Assembly (NCBI RefSeq): GCF_026571515.1
Contig: NW_026857404.1
Location: 1-64,000 of the forward strand
Length of the DNA stretch: 64,000 bases
Reading direction: 5' to 3'
From: Ruditapes philippinarum
Lineage: Eukaryota
A program made the position numbers and the translations under genes. Shown one piece after another: positions 40,801 to 55,800 of this stretch; within the stretch, counting starts at the first letter, position 1; each line of letters starts with the position of its first letter. The notes beneath the pieces are model-generated. The model was not told the DNA's origin. It made no database searches and saw only the letters and a list, made by a program, of their open reading frames with translations.

Positions 40801-43800
40801 GCATGAGGTCATGCAAAGATCATCTGTGTAATGTACATTTAATTATTTTTATGTGTGTGAGGGATAGGTTTTATGTCGTACCAACACAGTAGATGTCATA
40901 TGGCGGCTTTCCAGCTTCACTGTTGAAAGAATCCCATGGGTCCCTCTCCGTGAATTATATCAGTCACGCACAAGCGGGCACCTGAGTAAAACCTCCGACA
41001 TGTAGCTCCACACAGTCATGAACGATTTCAAAATTTCTAGCGGGATTCGCACAATTAGTGGCGAGGAACAAGCGTTTTAAATTAAATCATTAACTACTCT
41101 CTTTAACGTATCATGTATATTATCAAATGAACGATAATTTGTATTGGATAATATAGTGTTTTGGGCAGTTTATCATTATCCAATGAATTAGGTATAGCCA
41201 TAGGTTTCTGATTAACTTGCTTTGTGAGAAAAAGTGCAACCACACAATGTAAAACACAAATGTTTCATGAAAATGATTGTTTCTGAATATAAATAAAATG
41301 TACGGAATTATATGTAAAAAATGGGTCAAAGACAGAAAAGGCCGGGTTGCATTGGTAAACCAAATACCATGAGGCTTTGATGTTACAAATAAAATTTACC
41401 ATTAACCATTAATGTCGAAAATTTAACTGTGGGTTAACAGGAAGAGGATGAGCTACACACCTGAAATCGAATCCTACGGTATGGGACCATGTGTCAATCC
41501 TGTATTCCTAATACCAAAAGGCTGTGATATGCAGTTGCTGAGAAAACTGTTACGAAAGTGTTCTACCATTGACCATAAATGTCGAAAATTTAACTAAGTT
41601 GGTAAACAGGAAGTGGATTAGCTGCAGACCTGAAATCGAATCCAACATTTTACATTTTAAATAATGGACACTCGATTTTTTTCCGACCAACACTTTTTTC
41701 GTCTTCGTGAGTAAAGAATATAATATAACCTGCACACTGATTTTTGTTGCAAGTTCTTGTCTCGTCCGGACTTCCATCACAATATCTTCCTAGTAAAGAT
41801 GGTTTTTGGGTTAGAAACATGTTCTTAGCCGACTTTGAATACCACCATCACAACTGACACTACATGAACCCCAGCTTTCCCAACTTGACCATTCACCATC
41901 TAAAAGGGAAGAAACTTTAAAGTATGTTAAAACAGTTGTTATATCATTAGACTTTTATAACTGTAAATTATAAACAAATTTGTAACGAGCTTTATGCAAA
42001 ATAGGGGCATCACAAGTTGTAGATTAGTATTAATTATATTAGACCTTATCACATAATATTATATTAAAAAGAAATAGAATGGAATAAAAATATAATGACA
42101 AAATCGTTTTTTATAAATTGCTGTTTAATAATATTCTGATAAAATAGGTTTTTTTCTATCTTGCTCAAACCCTTGTTTCGTTTTCAATACTAATAAGTCA
42201 TGATTTCTCGAGAATTTAAAAAGAATGTTGACATGATGTAGTGCGTTTCTGTTTTGTTTTCTTTTTTTTAGTGAGTCAAGAAAAATGCTGGGAACATAAT
42301 TCTTGCAGATAAATTGCGCACGTGCATGTATACAGAGACGAAAATATGCAATAACTGATAAAATCACGTGAGCATGCGCCGTTGTTTCCGTTAATACAGC
42401 AAGCCCCTGGGTATCATATACATAGCTTACTGCATTAACAAAAGTAAGTTTCATTAACAAACCAGCACTGTCAAATGACTTTGAATGCGTCCCTATATAC
42501 TAGGTTGAATTTAAAGATGTGTCATACAATCACCAAGTATAACTTGCATGAGGTCATACAAAGATCATCTGTGAAATGTACATTTAATTATTTTTATGTG
42601 TGTGAAGGATGGGTTTTATATCGTACAAACACACTGTGTAGAGGTCTTATGGCGACTTTCCAGCTTCACTGTTGAAAGAATCCCATGGGTCCCTCTCCGT
42701 GAATTATATCAGTCAAGCACGAGCGGGCACCTGAGTAAAACCTCCGACATGTAGCTTCCACACAGTCATGAACGATTTCAAAATTTCTATCGGGATTTGC
42801 ACTTTAAGTGGCAAAGAACAAGCGTTTCAAAATAAATCCTTAACTACTCACTTTATCCTATCATGTATAATATAAAATGAAGGATAATTTGTATTGGACA
42901 ATATAGTGTTTTGTGCAGTTTATCATTGTACAATGAATAAGGTACAGCCATAGGTTTCTGATTGACTTGCTTTGTGAGAAAAGGTACAACCACACATGGT
43001 TCAACAAATGTTTCATGAAAATGATTGTTTCTGAATATAAATAAAATGCAACCGAATTACATGCAAAAAAACGGGTCAAAAGACAGAAAAGACCGGGTTG
43101 CATTTGTACACAAAATAACATGAGGCTGTGATGTTACGAATAAAATTTACTATTAATACTTAATATCGGAAATTGGGACTGTGGGTAAACAGGAAGAGGA
43201 TTAACTACACACCTGAAATCGAATCCCACGGTATGGGACCATGTGTCAATGCTGTATTCTTAATATCAAGAGGCTGTGATATGTAGTTGCCGAGAAAAAA
43301 CTGTTACAATAGATTACTATCATTGACAATAAAAATCGAAAATTTAACTAAGTGGGTAAGCAGGAAGTGGAATAGCTTTCAGACCCTGAAACGAAAACTA
43401 AAAATGTATTGAACCAGTTTTTCAAGGTGTTTTGGGCCAAAAAAATCAAGAGTCTGTAATAAGTAGTTTTCTGAAAAAACTTTAAAACTTTTCCCACCAA
43501 ATTTACCAAAAAATGTCAAAAAAACTAAGTCGGTTTTCAAGAAGTAATGGGGCTGCGACCAGAAAATTTAAACCCCACAGTTTTCCAAATTTTTCAAGAG
43601 GGTATGATATGTTTTCTTGCCCGCGTTTTAAATGTAAAAAATTTCCTAACCATTCACCAAAAATGTCAAAAATTTTAAAATAAATGGGGGAAAAGGAAGT
43701 TTGGGTTAGAATTGCACACCTGAAACTAATCCCACGGTATGGGACTATTTTACAATGTTGTATGCCAAATATAAAGAGGCTGTTATAAGTAGTTGCTGAG

Positions 43801-46800
43801 AAAACTGTTACAAAATTTCCTACCATTAACAATTAATGTTGAAAATTGAACTAATTGGGTAAAGAGGAAGCTGACAAGCTGTAGATCTGAAATCGAATCC
43901 AAAAGTATAGGACCATGTGTAAATACTGTATACCAAATATCAAGAAGAGACTGTAGTATGTTGTTTGCTGAGAAAACTGATACGAAAAATTTCCTAGCAT
44001 TGAACATTAATATCGAAAATTTAACAAAGTGGGTAAACAAGAAGTGAATGAGCTGCAGATCTGAAATCAAATCCCACGGTATGGGTCCATGTGTCAATGC
44101 TCTATGCCAATTACCAAGAGGCTGTAAATGACTAATTGCTGAGGTAACAGTTACGAACATATTTCCCCGCCCGTCCGCCTGCCAAGCCTGCCTGCTGCCC
44201 GACATTCATCATACCATAATACGGCTTTTCACCAGAGCAACCCTGCCAACACTTGATGAACCATCATCTTATTTGAAAAATTACTAACACGCGAATATAT
44301 TTTATTTGTATATACTTTTTTAGACTTTTACTGATTTTAGACGCAACATTATAATGAGATAAAGTATGTATTCCAATGTGATATCCATTATTATAAAGCC
44401 ATATTTCATATTCAATCTGTGACAAAAACAACTCAACATAAACCAATAGATATGCAGATTCCTAAAGGAAGAGCATTAAAAAAAGAGACTAAAGTACAAT
44501 TCATTAGGTTAACAATATAATAAATTTTGTAAAAATTTATTAACCATTTCCTTACAATAAGATTTGCTACACAACACAAAAACAGATTAAAAGATTTAAG
44601 GAAATTGTTGAAACATCAAAATACTTCTTTATATCTAATTTAACATGTCACTATAATGAACAAAAGGGCCTAGAATTGTTTGGAAAGAACTATCCGTTGT
44701 TTTTGTTTTGTTTTTTAAGTCTAGAAACACCTAATAAAATTCACAAATGGGCGGACAATCTGTCTCTAGAGATAGTTTTTGAATCAATAACTACTCTCGA
44801 TCTCACTGTTTAACGCCATTTTGTAAATTCTTTCAATTTTCTAGAATTGTTTGTTTCATTTATTTTATCATTTTAGATAAATCATATTTTCATCTAACAT
44901 TCAGTTTTTTTAACTTGTTTTTAAGCTCCCTTTTTCAATTGTCTTCATGAGGAAATTGCCTCAAACTGTGACACCCAGTGGGTAAAAAGACTTTACGTCA
45001 CTCTGAAGACTTCTGTTTTTTGAATTTCTCAAGATGAAACAAAATCTTACCTGACACCAGAATAAACAAAATATACCCTTAAAGTTACAGGTGTGTAATA
45101 TACAGTATGTTTGATATTGAATGAGTGTAAGTTCATACTGAATTTATTAGACGAGTTTGAATAAAATTATATTATGCGAAACTCTTGCGAGAATTATATT
45201 TTTTTGGCTCAACGAGTTCAATAAATTCAGTAATGCACTTTCATCAATGTAATTTTTCTACATATCAAAATACTGTTAAATGTGAAAAAAGAATATTTTT
45301 TCATCGGCGCGTCTATAGAACAAAGCGTCTTTAAACTATGCTTGTATAATACAAATTACGTTATGTTACAATATATGCAAAACCGTACAATACTCTTTTC
45401 ATAGAGTCGAAAAATCGACACGGGTTTTGTCTTTTTTCGCCTATATATTCAATAAGAAAAACTTCAATCAATACAAAATTATTTCCATTGATTTGGGCAT
45501 GTGATCAATAAATTTTACATTTGTCATAATTAAAATGTCAAACTTGTTAAAGAAAATGTTATAAAAGTTCGAGAAAGGGTCTAATTAAAACCTTTTTGAA
45601 AATTTTTTAAAAAATTAAAATCTTATGGGAAAATCTTTTACATTTTAAAAAAATCGCCCCTCGATTTTTTCCCCACCAACCCTTATTCAAACCCTCTTCG
45701 TGGTTTAAAAAAATACAATTAAAATTTCCTGCCCAAATATTTTTTTTGGGAAATTTTTTTGTCTCCCGGGGTTCCTTCCCCAAATTTTTTTCCCCCAATA
45801 AAAATGGTCTTGGGGTTTTGAAAATGTTTTTTAGCCGACTTTAATTTTTCCCCCATCCAACCCGGGACTTTCATGAACCCCCCCTTTCCCAAACTTGACC
45901 AAAATTTACCATCTTTAAAAGGGGGAAGGGCACTTTAAAGTATGTTAAAAAAGGGTTTTATCACATAAATTTTAAAACTGTAATTATAAAAAAACATTTT
46001 GTAAAGAGCCTTTTTGAATATAGGGGGGATTACAATTTTTAAAAATTTTTATTTTTATTAGAAACCCAATCACAAATATTTAAAATTAAAAAATTTTTAA
46101 ATGAAAAAAAAACAAAAATTTTTTTTTTATCAATTGTTATAATTTATATTCCCAAAAAAATAGGTTTTTGCTATCTTTTGTTTTTTTTTTTTTTGCGAAA
46201 CCGAATAACTTCCAAAAATTTAAATTTTTGCATAAAAAAATTTACACGGGGCATGCATTTCAGAGACGGAAATATCAAAAAACGGATAAAAACCCCCTTT
46301 TGCCAAAGGGGCCGTTGTTTCTGTTTATAAAAACCCGGACCCCCGGGGATCAATTTACATAGCTTACTGCATTTTAAAAAAAAACTTTAAAATTTTTTTA
46401 AAAAAAAAAACAGCACTTCAAATGACTTTGAAGCTTTCCCCAGATACCTTTATGAATTTAAAAAAATATGTTATAAAAAACCAAGTATTTAATTTTTCAT
46501 TTAGGGTCATTGCAAAGTTTAATCTGTGTAATTTTAATTTTAAATTTTTTTATGTGTGTTTAGGGAAAAGGGTTTTTTTTGTCCCCTACCAAAAAACAGT
46601 AGAAAAATCAAAATTTACGGCTTTCCCAAACTTCACTGTTTAAAAAAAATCCCCCTGGTCCCCCTTTCCCTAAAATTTTTATCCTTTACCCACAAGCGGG
46701 ACCTGAGTAAAAATTTCCCCCCCTGTAGCCCCCAACAGTCATGAACGATTTCACAATTTTATCGGGGTTTGCACATTTTGGCGAGGAAAAAGCGTTTTAA

Positions 46801-49800
46801 AATTTAAATTTATTAATCTTCTTTTTCCCCTTTTTCAAAAGTAAAATTAAAAAAATGAACGATAATTTGTATTGGATAATATAGTGTTTTGGGCAGTTTA
46901 TCATTATCCAATGAATTAGGTATAGCCATAGGTTTCTGATTAACTTGCTTTTGGAAAAAGTGCAAACCACACAAGGTAAAACACAAAATGTTTCATGAAA
47001 ATGATTGTTTCTGAATATAAAGAAAATGTACCGAATTATATGTAAAAAACGGGTCAAAGACAGAAAAGGCCGGGTTGCATTGGTAAACCAAATACCATGA
47101 GGCTTTTGATGTTACAAATAAAAATTTACCATTAACCATTAATGTCGAAAATTTAACTGTGGGTTTAACAGGAAGAGGATGAGCTACACACCTGAAAATC
47201 GAATCCTACGGTATGGGACCATGTGTCAATCTTGTATTCCTAATATCAAAAGGCTGTGATATACAGTTGCTGAGAAAACTGTTACGAAAAGTGTTCTACC
47301 CATTGACCATAAATGTCGAAATTTTAACTAAGTTGGTAAACAGGGAAGTGGATTAGCTGCAGACCTGAAATCGAATCCAACATTTTACATTTTGAATAAT
47401 GGACACTCGATTTTTTTCCGACCAACACTTTTTCGTCTTCGTGAGTAAAGAATATAATATACCTGCACACTGATTTTTGTTGCAAGTTCTTGTCTCGAAT
47501 GGACTTCCATCACAATATCTTCCTAGTAAAGATGGTTTTGGGTTAGAACATGTTCTTAGCCGACTTTGAATACCACCATCACAACTGACACTACATGAAC
47601 CCCAGCTTTCCCAACTTGACCATTCACCATCTAAAAGGGAAGAAACTTTAAAGTATGTTAAAACACATGTTATATCATTAAACTTTTATAACTGTAAATT
47701 ATAAACAAATTTGTAACGAGCCTTATGCAAAATAGGGGCATCACAAGTTGTAGATTAGTATTAATTATATTAGACCTTATCACATAATATTATATTAAAA
47801 AGAAATAGAATGGAATAAAAATATAATGACAAAATCGTTTTTTATAAATTGCTGTATAATAATATTCTGATAAAATAGGTTTTTTTTTTCTTGCTCATAC
47901 CCTTGTTTCGTTTTCAATACTAATAAGTCATGATTTCTCGAGAATTTAAAAAAGAATGTTGACATGATGTAGTGCGTTTCTGTTTTGCTTTTTGTTTTCT
48001 TTTTTTAGTGAGTCAAGAAAAATGCTGGGAACATAATTCTTGCAGATAAATTGCGCACGTGCATGTATACAGAGACAAAAATATGCAATAACTGATAAAA
48101 TCACGTGAACATGCGCCGTTGTTTCCGTTTATACAGCAAGCCCCTGGGTATCATATACATAGCTTACTGCAATGACAAAAGTAAGTTTCATTAACAAACC
48201 AGCACTGTCAAATGACTTTGAATGCGTCCCTATATACTAGGTTGAATTTAAAGATGTGTCATACAATCACCAAGTATAACTTGCATGAGGTCATACAAAG
48301 ATCATCTGTGAAATGTACATTTAATTATTTTTATGTGTGTGAGGGATGGGTTTTATGTCGTACAAACACACTGTGTAGAGGTCATATGGCGACTTTCCAG
48401 CTTCACTGTTGAAAGAATCCCATGGGTCCCTCTCCGTGAATTATATCAGTCAAGCACGAGCGGGCACCTGAGTAAAACCTCCGACATGTAGCTTCCACAC
48501 AGTCATGAACGATTTCAAAATTTCTATCGGGATTTGCACTTTAAGTGGCAAAGAACAAGCGTTTCAAAATAAATCCTTAACTACTCACTTTTATCCTAAT
48601 CATGTATAATATAAAATGAAGGATAATTTGTATTGGACAATTTAGTGTTTTGTGCAGTTTATCATTGTACAATGAATAAGGTACAGCAATAGGTTTCTGA
48701 TTAACTTGCTTTGTGAGAAAAGGTACAACCACACAAGGTACAACACATGTTTCATGAAAATGATTGTTTCTGAATATAATTAAAATGCACCGAATTATTT
48801 GTAAAAAACGGGTCAAAGACAGAAAAGGCCGGGTTGCATTTGTACACAAAATAACATGAGGCTGTGATGTTACGAATAAAATTTTCCATTAACCATTAAT
48901 GTCGAAAATTTAACTGTGGGTTAACAGGAAGAATATGAGCTACACACCTTAAATCGAATCCCACTGTATGGGACCATGTGTCAATGCTGTATTCCTTATA
49001 TCAAGAGGCTGTGATATGTAGATGCTGAGAAAACTGTTACGAAAGTTTCCTACCATTGACCATAAATGTCGGAAATTTAACGAATTAGGTAAACAGGAAG
49101 TGGAAAAGCTGCAGACCTGAAATCGAATCCAACGGTATGGGATCATGTGTCAATGCTGTATGCCAAATATCAAGAGGCTGTATTAAGTAGTTGCTGAAAA
49201 AACTGTTACAAAAATTTCCTACCATTGACCATAAATGTCAAAAAATTAAGTAAGTGGGTTAACAAGAAGTGAATGAGCTGCAGACCAGAAATCAAACCTC
49301 ACAGTTTGCCAAATATCAAGAGGCTGTGATATGTAGTTGCTGAGTAAACTGTTACGAAACTTTCCCACCATTCACCAATAATGTCAAAAATGTAACTAAG
49401 TGGGTAAACAGGAAATGGATGAACTGCACACCTGAAATCGAATCCACGGTATGGGACCATGTGTCAATGCTGTATGCCAAATATTAAGAGGCTGTTATAA
49501 GTAGTTGCTGAGAAAACTGTTACAAAATTTCCTACCATTAACAATTAATGTTGAAAATTGAACTAATTGGGTAAAGAGGAAGCTGACAAGCTGTAGATCT
49601 GAAATCGAATCCAAAAGTATAGGACCATGTGTAAATACTGTATACCAAATATCAAGAGACTGTAGTATGTTGTTGCTGAGAAAACTGATACGAAAATTTC
49701 CTAGCATTGAACATTAATATCGAAAATTTAACAAAGTGGGTAAACAAGAAGTGAATGAGCTGCAGATCTGAAATCAAATCCCACGGTATGGGTCCATGTG

Positions 49801-52800
49801 TCAATGCTCTATGCCAATTACCAAGAGGCTGTAATGACTAATTGCTGAGGTAACAGTTACGAACATATTTCCCCGCCCGTCCGCCTGCCAAGCCTGCCTG
49901 CTGCCCGACATTCACCATACCATAATACGGCTTTGCACCAGAGCAACCCTGCCAATACTTGATGAACAATCATCTTATTTGAAAAATTACTAACACGCGA
50001 ATATATTTTATTTGTATATACTTTTTTAGACTTTTACTGATTTTAGACGCAACATTATAATGAGATAAAGTATGTATTCCAATGTGATATCCATTATTAT
50101 AAAGCCATATTTCATATTCAATCTGTGACAAAACCAATTCAACATAAACCAATAGGAAGAACATTCAAAAATTTTAAACAAGACTAAAAGTACAGTACAT
50201 TTGGTTAACATTATATTAATTTTTGCAAAAATTTATAAACCATTTGCTTACAATAAGATTTTGCTACACAACACAAAAACAGATTAAAGATTTAAGGAAA
50301 TTGTTGAAACATCAAAATACTTCTTTATATCTAATTTAACATGTCACTATAATGAACAAAAGGGCCTAGAATTGTTTGGAAAGAACTATCCGTTGTTTTT
50401 GTTTTGTTTTTTAAGTCTAGAAACACCTAATAAAATTCACAAATGGGCGGACAATCTGTCTCTAGAGATAGTTTGAATCAATAACTACTCTCGATCTCAC
50501 TGTTTAACGCCATTTTGTAAATTCTTCATTTTCTAGAATTGTTTGTTTCATTTATTTTATCATTTTAGATAAATCATATTTTCATCTAACATTCAGTTTT
50601 TTAACTTGTTTTTAAGCTCCCAGTTTCAATGTCTTCATGAGGAAATTGCCTCAAACTGTGACACCCAGTGGGTAAAAAGACTTTACGTCACTCTGAAGAC
50701 TTCTGTTTTTGAATTTCTCAAGATGAAACAAAATCTTACCTGACACCAGAATAAACAAAATATACCCTTAAAGTTACAGGTGTGTAATATACAGTATGTT
50801 TGATATTGAATGAGTGTAAGTTCATACTGAATTTATTAGACGAGTTGAATAAAATTATATTATGCGAAACTCTTGCGAGAATTATATTTTTTTTGGCTCA
50901 ACGAGTTCAATAAATTCAGTAATGCACCTTCATCAATGTAATATTCTACACATCACATACCCGAAAGACTGTTAAATGTGAAAAAAGAATATTTTTTCAT
51001 CGGCGCGTCTATAGAACAAGGCGTCTTTAAACTATGCTTGTATAATGCAAATTACGTTATGTCACAATATATGCAGACCGTACAATACTCTTTTTATAGA
51101 GTCGAAAAATCGACAAGGGTTTGTCTTTTTCGCCTATATATTCCATAAGAAAAAACGTCAAGCAATACAAGTTTATTTCCATTTATTTGGGCATGTGATC
51201 AATAAATTTTCCATTTGTCATAATTAAAATATCAAACTCGCTAAAGAAAATGTTATAAAGTTCACCAGAGGCTCTATTTTAAACACTTTCTTGAACTCGT
51301 TGAAAAATTATATATCTTATGAAAGATCTTTTACATTTTAAATAATGGACACTCGATTTTTTCCGAACAACACTTATTCACCGTCTTCGTGAGTAAAGAA
51401 TATAATATACCTGCACACTGATTTTTGTTGCAAGTTCTTGTCTCGTCCGGACTTCCATCACAATATTTTCCTGATAAAGATGGTCTTGGGTTAGAACATG
51501 TTCTTAGCCGACTTTGAATACCACCATCACAACTGACACTACATGAACCCCAGCTTTCCCAACTTGACCATTCACCATCTAAAAGGGAAGACACTTTAAG
51601 GAATGTTAAAACAGTTGTTATATCACATAAACTTTTATAACTGTATATTATAAACAAATTTGTAACGAGCCTTATGTAATATAGGGGCATTACAAGTTGT
51701 AGATTAGTGTTATTTATATTAGACCTAATCACATAATATTGTATTAAAAAGATATAGAATGAAAATATAAAGACAAAATCGTTTTTCATCAATTGCTGTA
51801 TAATAATATTCAGATAAAATAGGTTTTCGCTATCTTGCTTGTTTTTTTTTTGCGAGTCAAGAATGCTTGGGCCAGTTAAAGAACTCCTATTGACATGCAA
51901 TTTTTCTTAGTCTTACCCCGCCTTTCTGTATTTTATAGATATAGTTACAAGATTTTACATTCTTGCAAAAAACTTTTTACGCCATTTAACGCCATTCAAC
52001 GTTGAAATTTTGTCTCATGCTTATACTTTCTCATACATTAATATTATCGTGCGAATCAAAATGTAAAAATATTCGCGACGATTAACCTTATTTTCGCATG
52101 TCTCTTTCGAAAACTGTAACTTATTTACAGTACCAGTGTCTATAGTATAAGTTCTTCGAAAAAAAGAATGTTAATTCCATTCAACCACAATATTTCCGAA
52201 ATAAAGACAAACAAATAAAAATAAAATAAATTACTAAACTTGTAATTTGTATGTAGCACTGGGACAATATATTCACTTTAACATAATGCACAACTACTAA
52301 ATACATTATTATATTTGACTATAAGATTAATATACCGTATATGAGACATGATCTTATATCAAAATCCACTGAATAATTCACAATCCTAATGATAAAGACA
52401 CTGACAAACGTTCTCTTAAATTAAAGTATAACGCTCTTTAGCACTGTCGCTCGTCCAGCGACCATGACGTTTAAACATTCTGTCTTTAATTCCATTGTTG
52501 GCCGCCGCTGAAGCTCCACCTGCCCTTAACGAAAGCAGACACTATTTAGAAATGTCACTTACATGCGGCATGAAAGCTAATCTAAATTCATCTCTCAAAT
52601 TAGTATATGACATTGGCTTATTAACTGTCTTTTTCTTAAATCCATTTTTAGTCTTACTAATATTACAAAACAAAAAATAACTTGAATCTAAATTTGCCCA
52701 TCTTATATATTTCTCAAGATTAACAACTGGGCATAACTTGGTACCAGTTCTAGCTATCAATATCATATCCAAGAACCATTCCTGTATTTATCCGCCTACT

Positions 52801-55800
52801 AGTTACAACAAAAAGTGCCAAAAAAGATGGATAAAATACTAGATCTGAAACAACAATGTTTAACAATTCAGCGCTTCGTAAAAACCCTGAAAACCCTAAA
52901 ACACTAGCACAAATTATACGCTGATGTTTTAAATCGTAAGGCTTACACAACCTAGCATACATAGCGGAAAAAATTTCAACTGTCATAACTTCTTTCTTAA
53001 CTGTTTGTTTTGCTCAAATTCTTTTCGCTGCCTCAAGGATATTGGTGACTTAAGAAGAACTGGTTGGAGAACGCACACCATTAATATCATGAATCCATTT
53101 TAAAGAATAATAAGCACTAATCACTGGACTTGCACTATTTGCAGACTGACTTAAAGATGTTAGATACAGTGCAACCGGAAATGCACTTGCAGGTAAAATA
53201 TCCCGACTCCCCAAACCGTTACTAATAGCCCACTTTCTCCATCGATTTAATCCATTCTCATACTTCCGACTAGTGCCAGGTGCACGTGCCAGGTGCATCT
53301 AAATACAACAGTCTATAAACGAATACATGTATTTACATAAACACTAGACTAGCGATACCGCATGTCAAAAACGGCCGTCTGATACCAGATCGGCTATCAA
53401 TACTGATTGTTGGCGATCCCGCCTATATACATGTGTAATCTCACAATAAATGTGTAAATTCAACACATTGCTAACATTCGAAATTTAAGATTCATATTTC
53501 CAAAAATTCCTTTCCCATTTTTACAGCTTACATAATGTTCTTTACCCACTGGCAAATCTATCCAATTAATAATCGCTTTTAAAAACTGTCCATGCGGACA
53601 AAGAAGAGGCCAAAAAGGCGCTGACTTCCATAAAGGTACAACTTATACACCCTTTGCCTTATCAACAGACATTTTTCTTAAAACTATGCGAATGATACTT
53701 ATTGGTGGCACAAACAGGCCAAAACTATCACCCCAAAATGCTGTGAAAGCATCAATGCCATAAGACGAAGGATTCCAGAAACGAGAATAACATTTAGAAA
53801 TTTTAGCATTATGCTCCGAAGCAAACCAATCTACTTCAAAAATACCATATTATTTTTGGGGAGAAAGCCAAGGGGATGATAAAATCCCCCATTTCATCAT
53901 AGTCAAAAAATTTCTAAAAAAGGGAATTTCAGCTTTCCTCATTTTTCATAACGGGGCATTTTTTCCGTTTATCCAAAGCAACAAAATTTTAAATAAATGA
54001 AAATTTTTTATATATAGACATTGCAAAAGATTGAAGATCTGATTTCATAGAACCTTTAGAAACTATAGAAACTACGCCCTGATTGTCTGTAAACCATTTT
54101 ACTCTCTGGTTTGCAAGCAAATGTACCATTGATTTAAGAACCCTATTGACTGCGACAAGTTCGCGCCATGAAGAGGACTTCAGATTCAGATTCCTCTACA
54201 GACCAAATACCATGAGAAACACCATCTGCCGTTGTTACAATATACATGTACCAAGCTAGCCAGTACTACTTGCATCAGAATATACAATTTTCGTAAATTT
54301 GTGTGATTCATTAATATTTTAACCATTTATACATTCCAAATGCTTTTTTCCCAAAAATAAATCTAAGAAAAAATTTTTCCTCTGAAAAGAAAAATTCGAA
54401 TCCCAATTTAAAACGCCTTTATATATAAATATTTAAAAAACGTGTCTTTTTTGATTTCCACTGACCAACACGATTGACTTTTGAAAAAATTTGCCCATCT
54501 AAGCGGGCAAATTTTTCTCACGCTTAGGGGGTCTGTGTATTTAAGCGACGAAAAAATATGGGCTATTGTTTTTTTTAAACCTTGAGCTTTTTTTTAAAGG
54601 GTTTACAAAAATCCTCCCCGTCACTAAAATTTTAAAAAAATCCCCTTAAAATCCCAAAATTTTAAAAACCGGGCCCAACCGACTTATCGGGCATTAGGTT
54701 TTAAACCCGGAAGACAATAAATCATGCTTTATTTCCGCCCCAACTTTAATGAATGGTTAGAACAAAAACAATCATCCAAAAACATAGTAACAAACTTGCC
54801 TTTACCCCTCCACTTTGAGATAAGCGGCTGTTTCAGTTTTATAAAATCATAACGAGCTGAAGAAAGACCAAAAGGCAGAACCAAAAATTTATAATATGAA
54901 ATATTACTAGAAGAATCTCTCCAAGAAAAACCTAAAAACTCAGTATGTGGCTTGAAAATTTCAACAAAGTGATACGCACTAGTAAGATCAAATTTTATCA
55001 TTTTTACCTTGTTCGTATTCATAGTAATCATTGGTAAAACGTTCGTAGTCAAAATTATACTCATCTTTCATATCTGAATTACTTTTTGGCGTTGAACTGT
55101 TCTCCACTTCCACTTCCTGCTTTGACAACATTGGGACAATCTTTCCGAAAATGAAGGAAGTCTCCACAGGCAAAACATTATCCTGTTGCAATGGAATTTG
55201 TACCGAAGAACGGACCGCCTGATGCTCCTTGGTAACCTCAAAAAGATTTGACTGGAGATGGTTGCTGCAGCATATGTCTGTTTTGAAAGGCAGGAAATGA
55301 AGGCATAACAGTAGGTTTGTTGACACGACTAACAGTCGCAGACAGAGGCTTACTCTTGGATAACGTGCGCTTCCGCTTGAGAGCTCTATTTTCGGGCTTG
55401 TAAAACTTAGCTTCATCCTCACTGTCGCTAGCTATCGGGTAAGCTTCGTACAATCTTACAGTCTCCCAACCGCCAGGTGACGAATGTGCTATACGTATAA
55501 GTTTATTACGTTTACGAAGTTTGGTTGCAATTTCTTTCAATAAGTCCATACAATAATCGTCTTTACTATGCTCTAAAGCCCATACAGCTTGTTTGGAAAC
55601 CTCTTCCAACTCGGTGTTAAATTCAAATTGTACCTTATTTCCTTGAAATTTCCACGTTATGTTTTTAGCAGTCTTTAACTTTTTCACCTCAGAACTAACG
55701 TTGTAGTTACTTCCTTGAAATTCTTCTCTTAGAGCTGAAACTTCTTGTCTCTGTTGACGTAATTCAACAAGAACTTGCTGTAATTGCGATTCTAGTTCTG

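Larger units (their letters stand above)
29100..51860. repeat. Tandem array of TSR exon+intron units (1.7-4.0 kb)
   Basis: Exon-to-exon spacings are 1729, 2593, 3764, 1727, 2809, ~4013, ~1718 and 3948 bp. Each unit carries the same intron blocks, a SINE remnant and a variable-length ~159-bp satellite. Confidence 0.95.

Noticed and set aside
30455-49960. Recurrent ORFs such as ...[14 protein letters not shown]...MVNGRK and ...FRNNHFHET...QKP
   Set aside because: Translations of the intronic satellite and other duplicated intron blocks; frames and stops differ between copies.
51331-51900. 189-aa, 167-aa (38741) and 120-aa (33391) ORFs as membrane-anchored TSR proteins
   Set aside because: The extensions are read-through of AT-rich intron on either side of the 168-nt exon and are interrupted in the other units.
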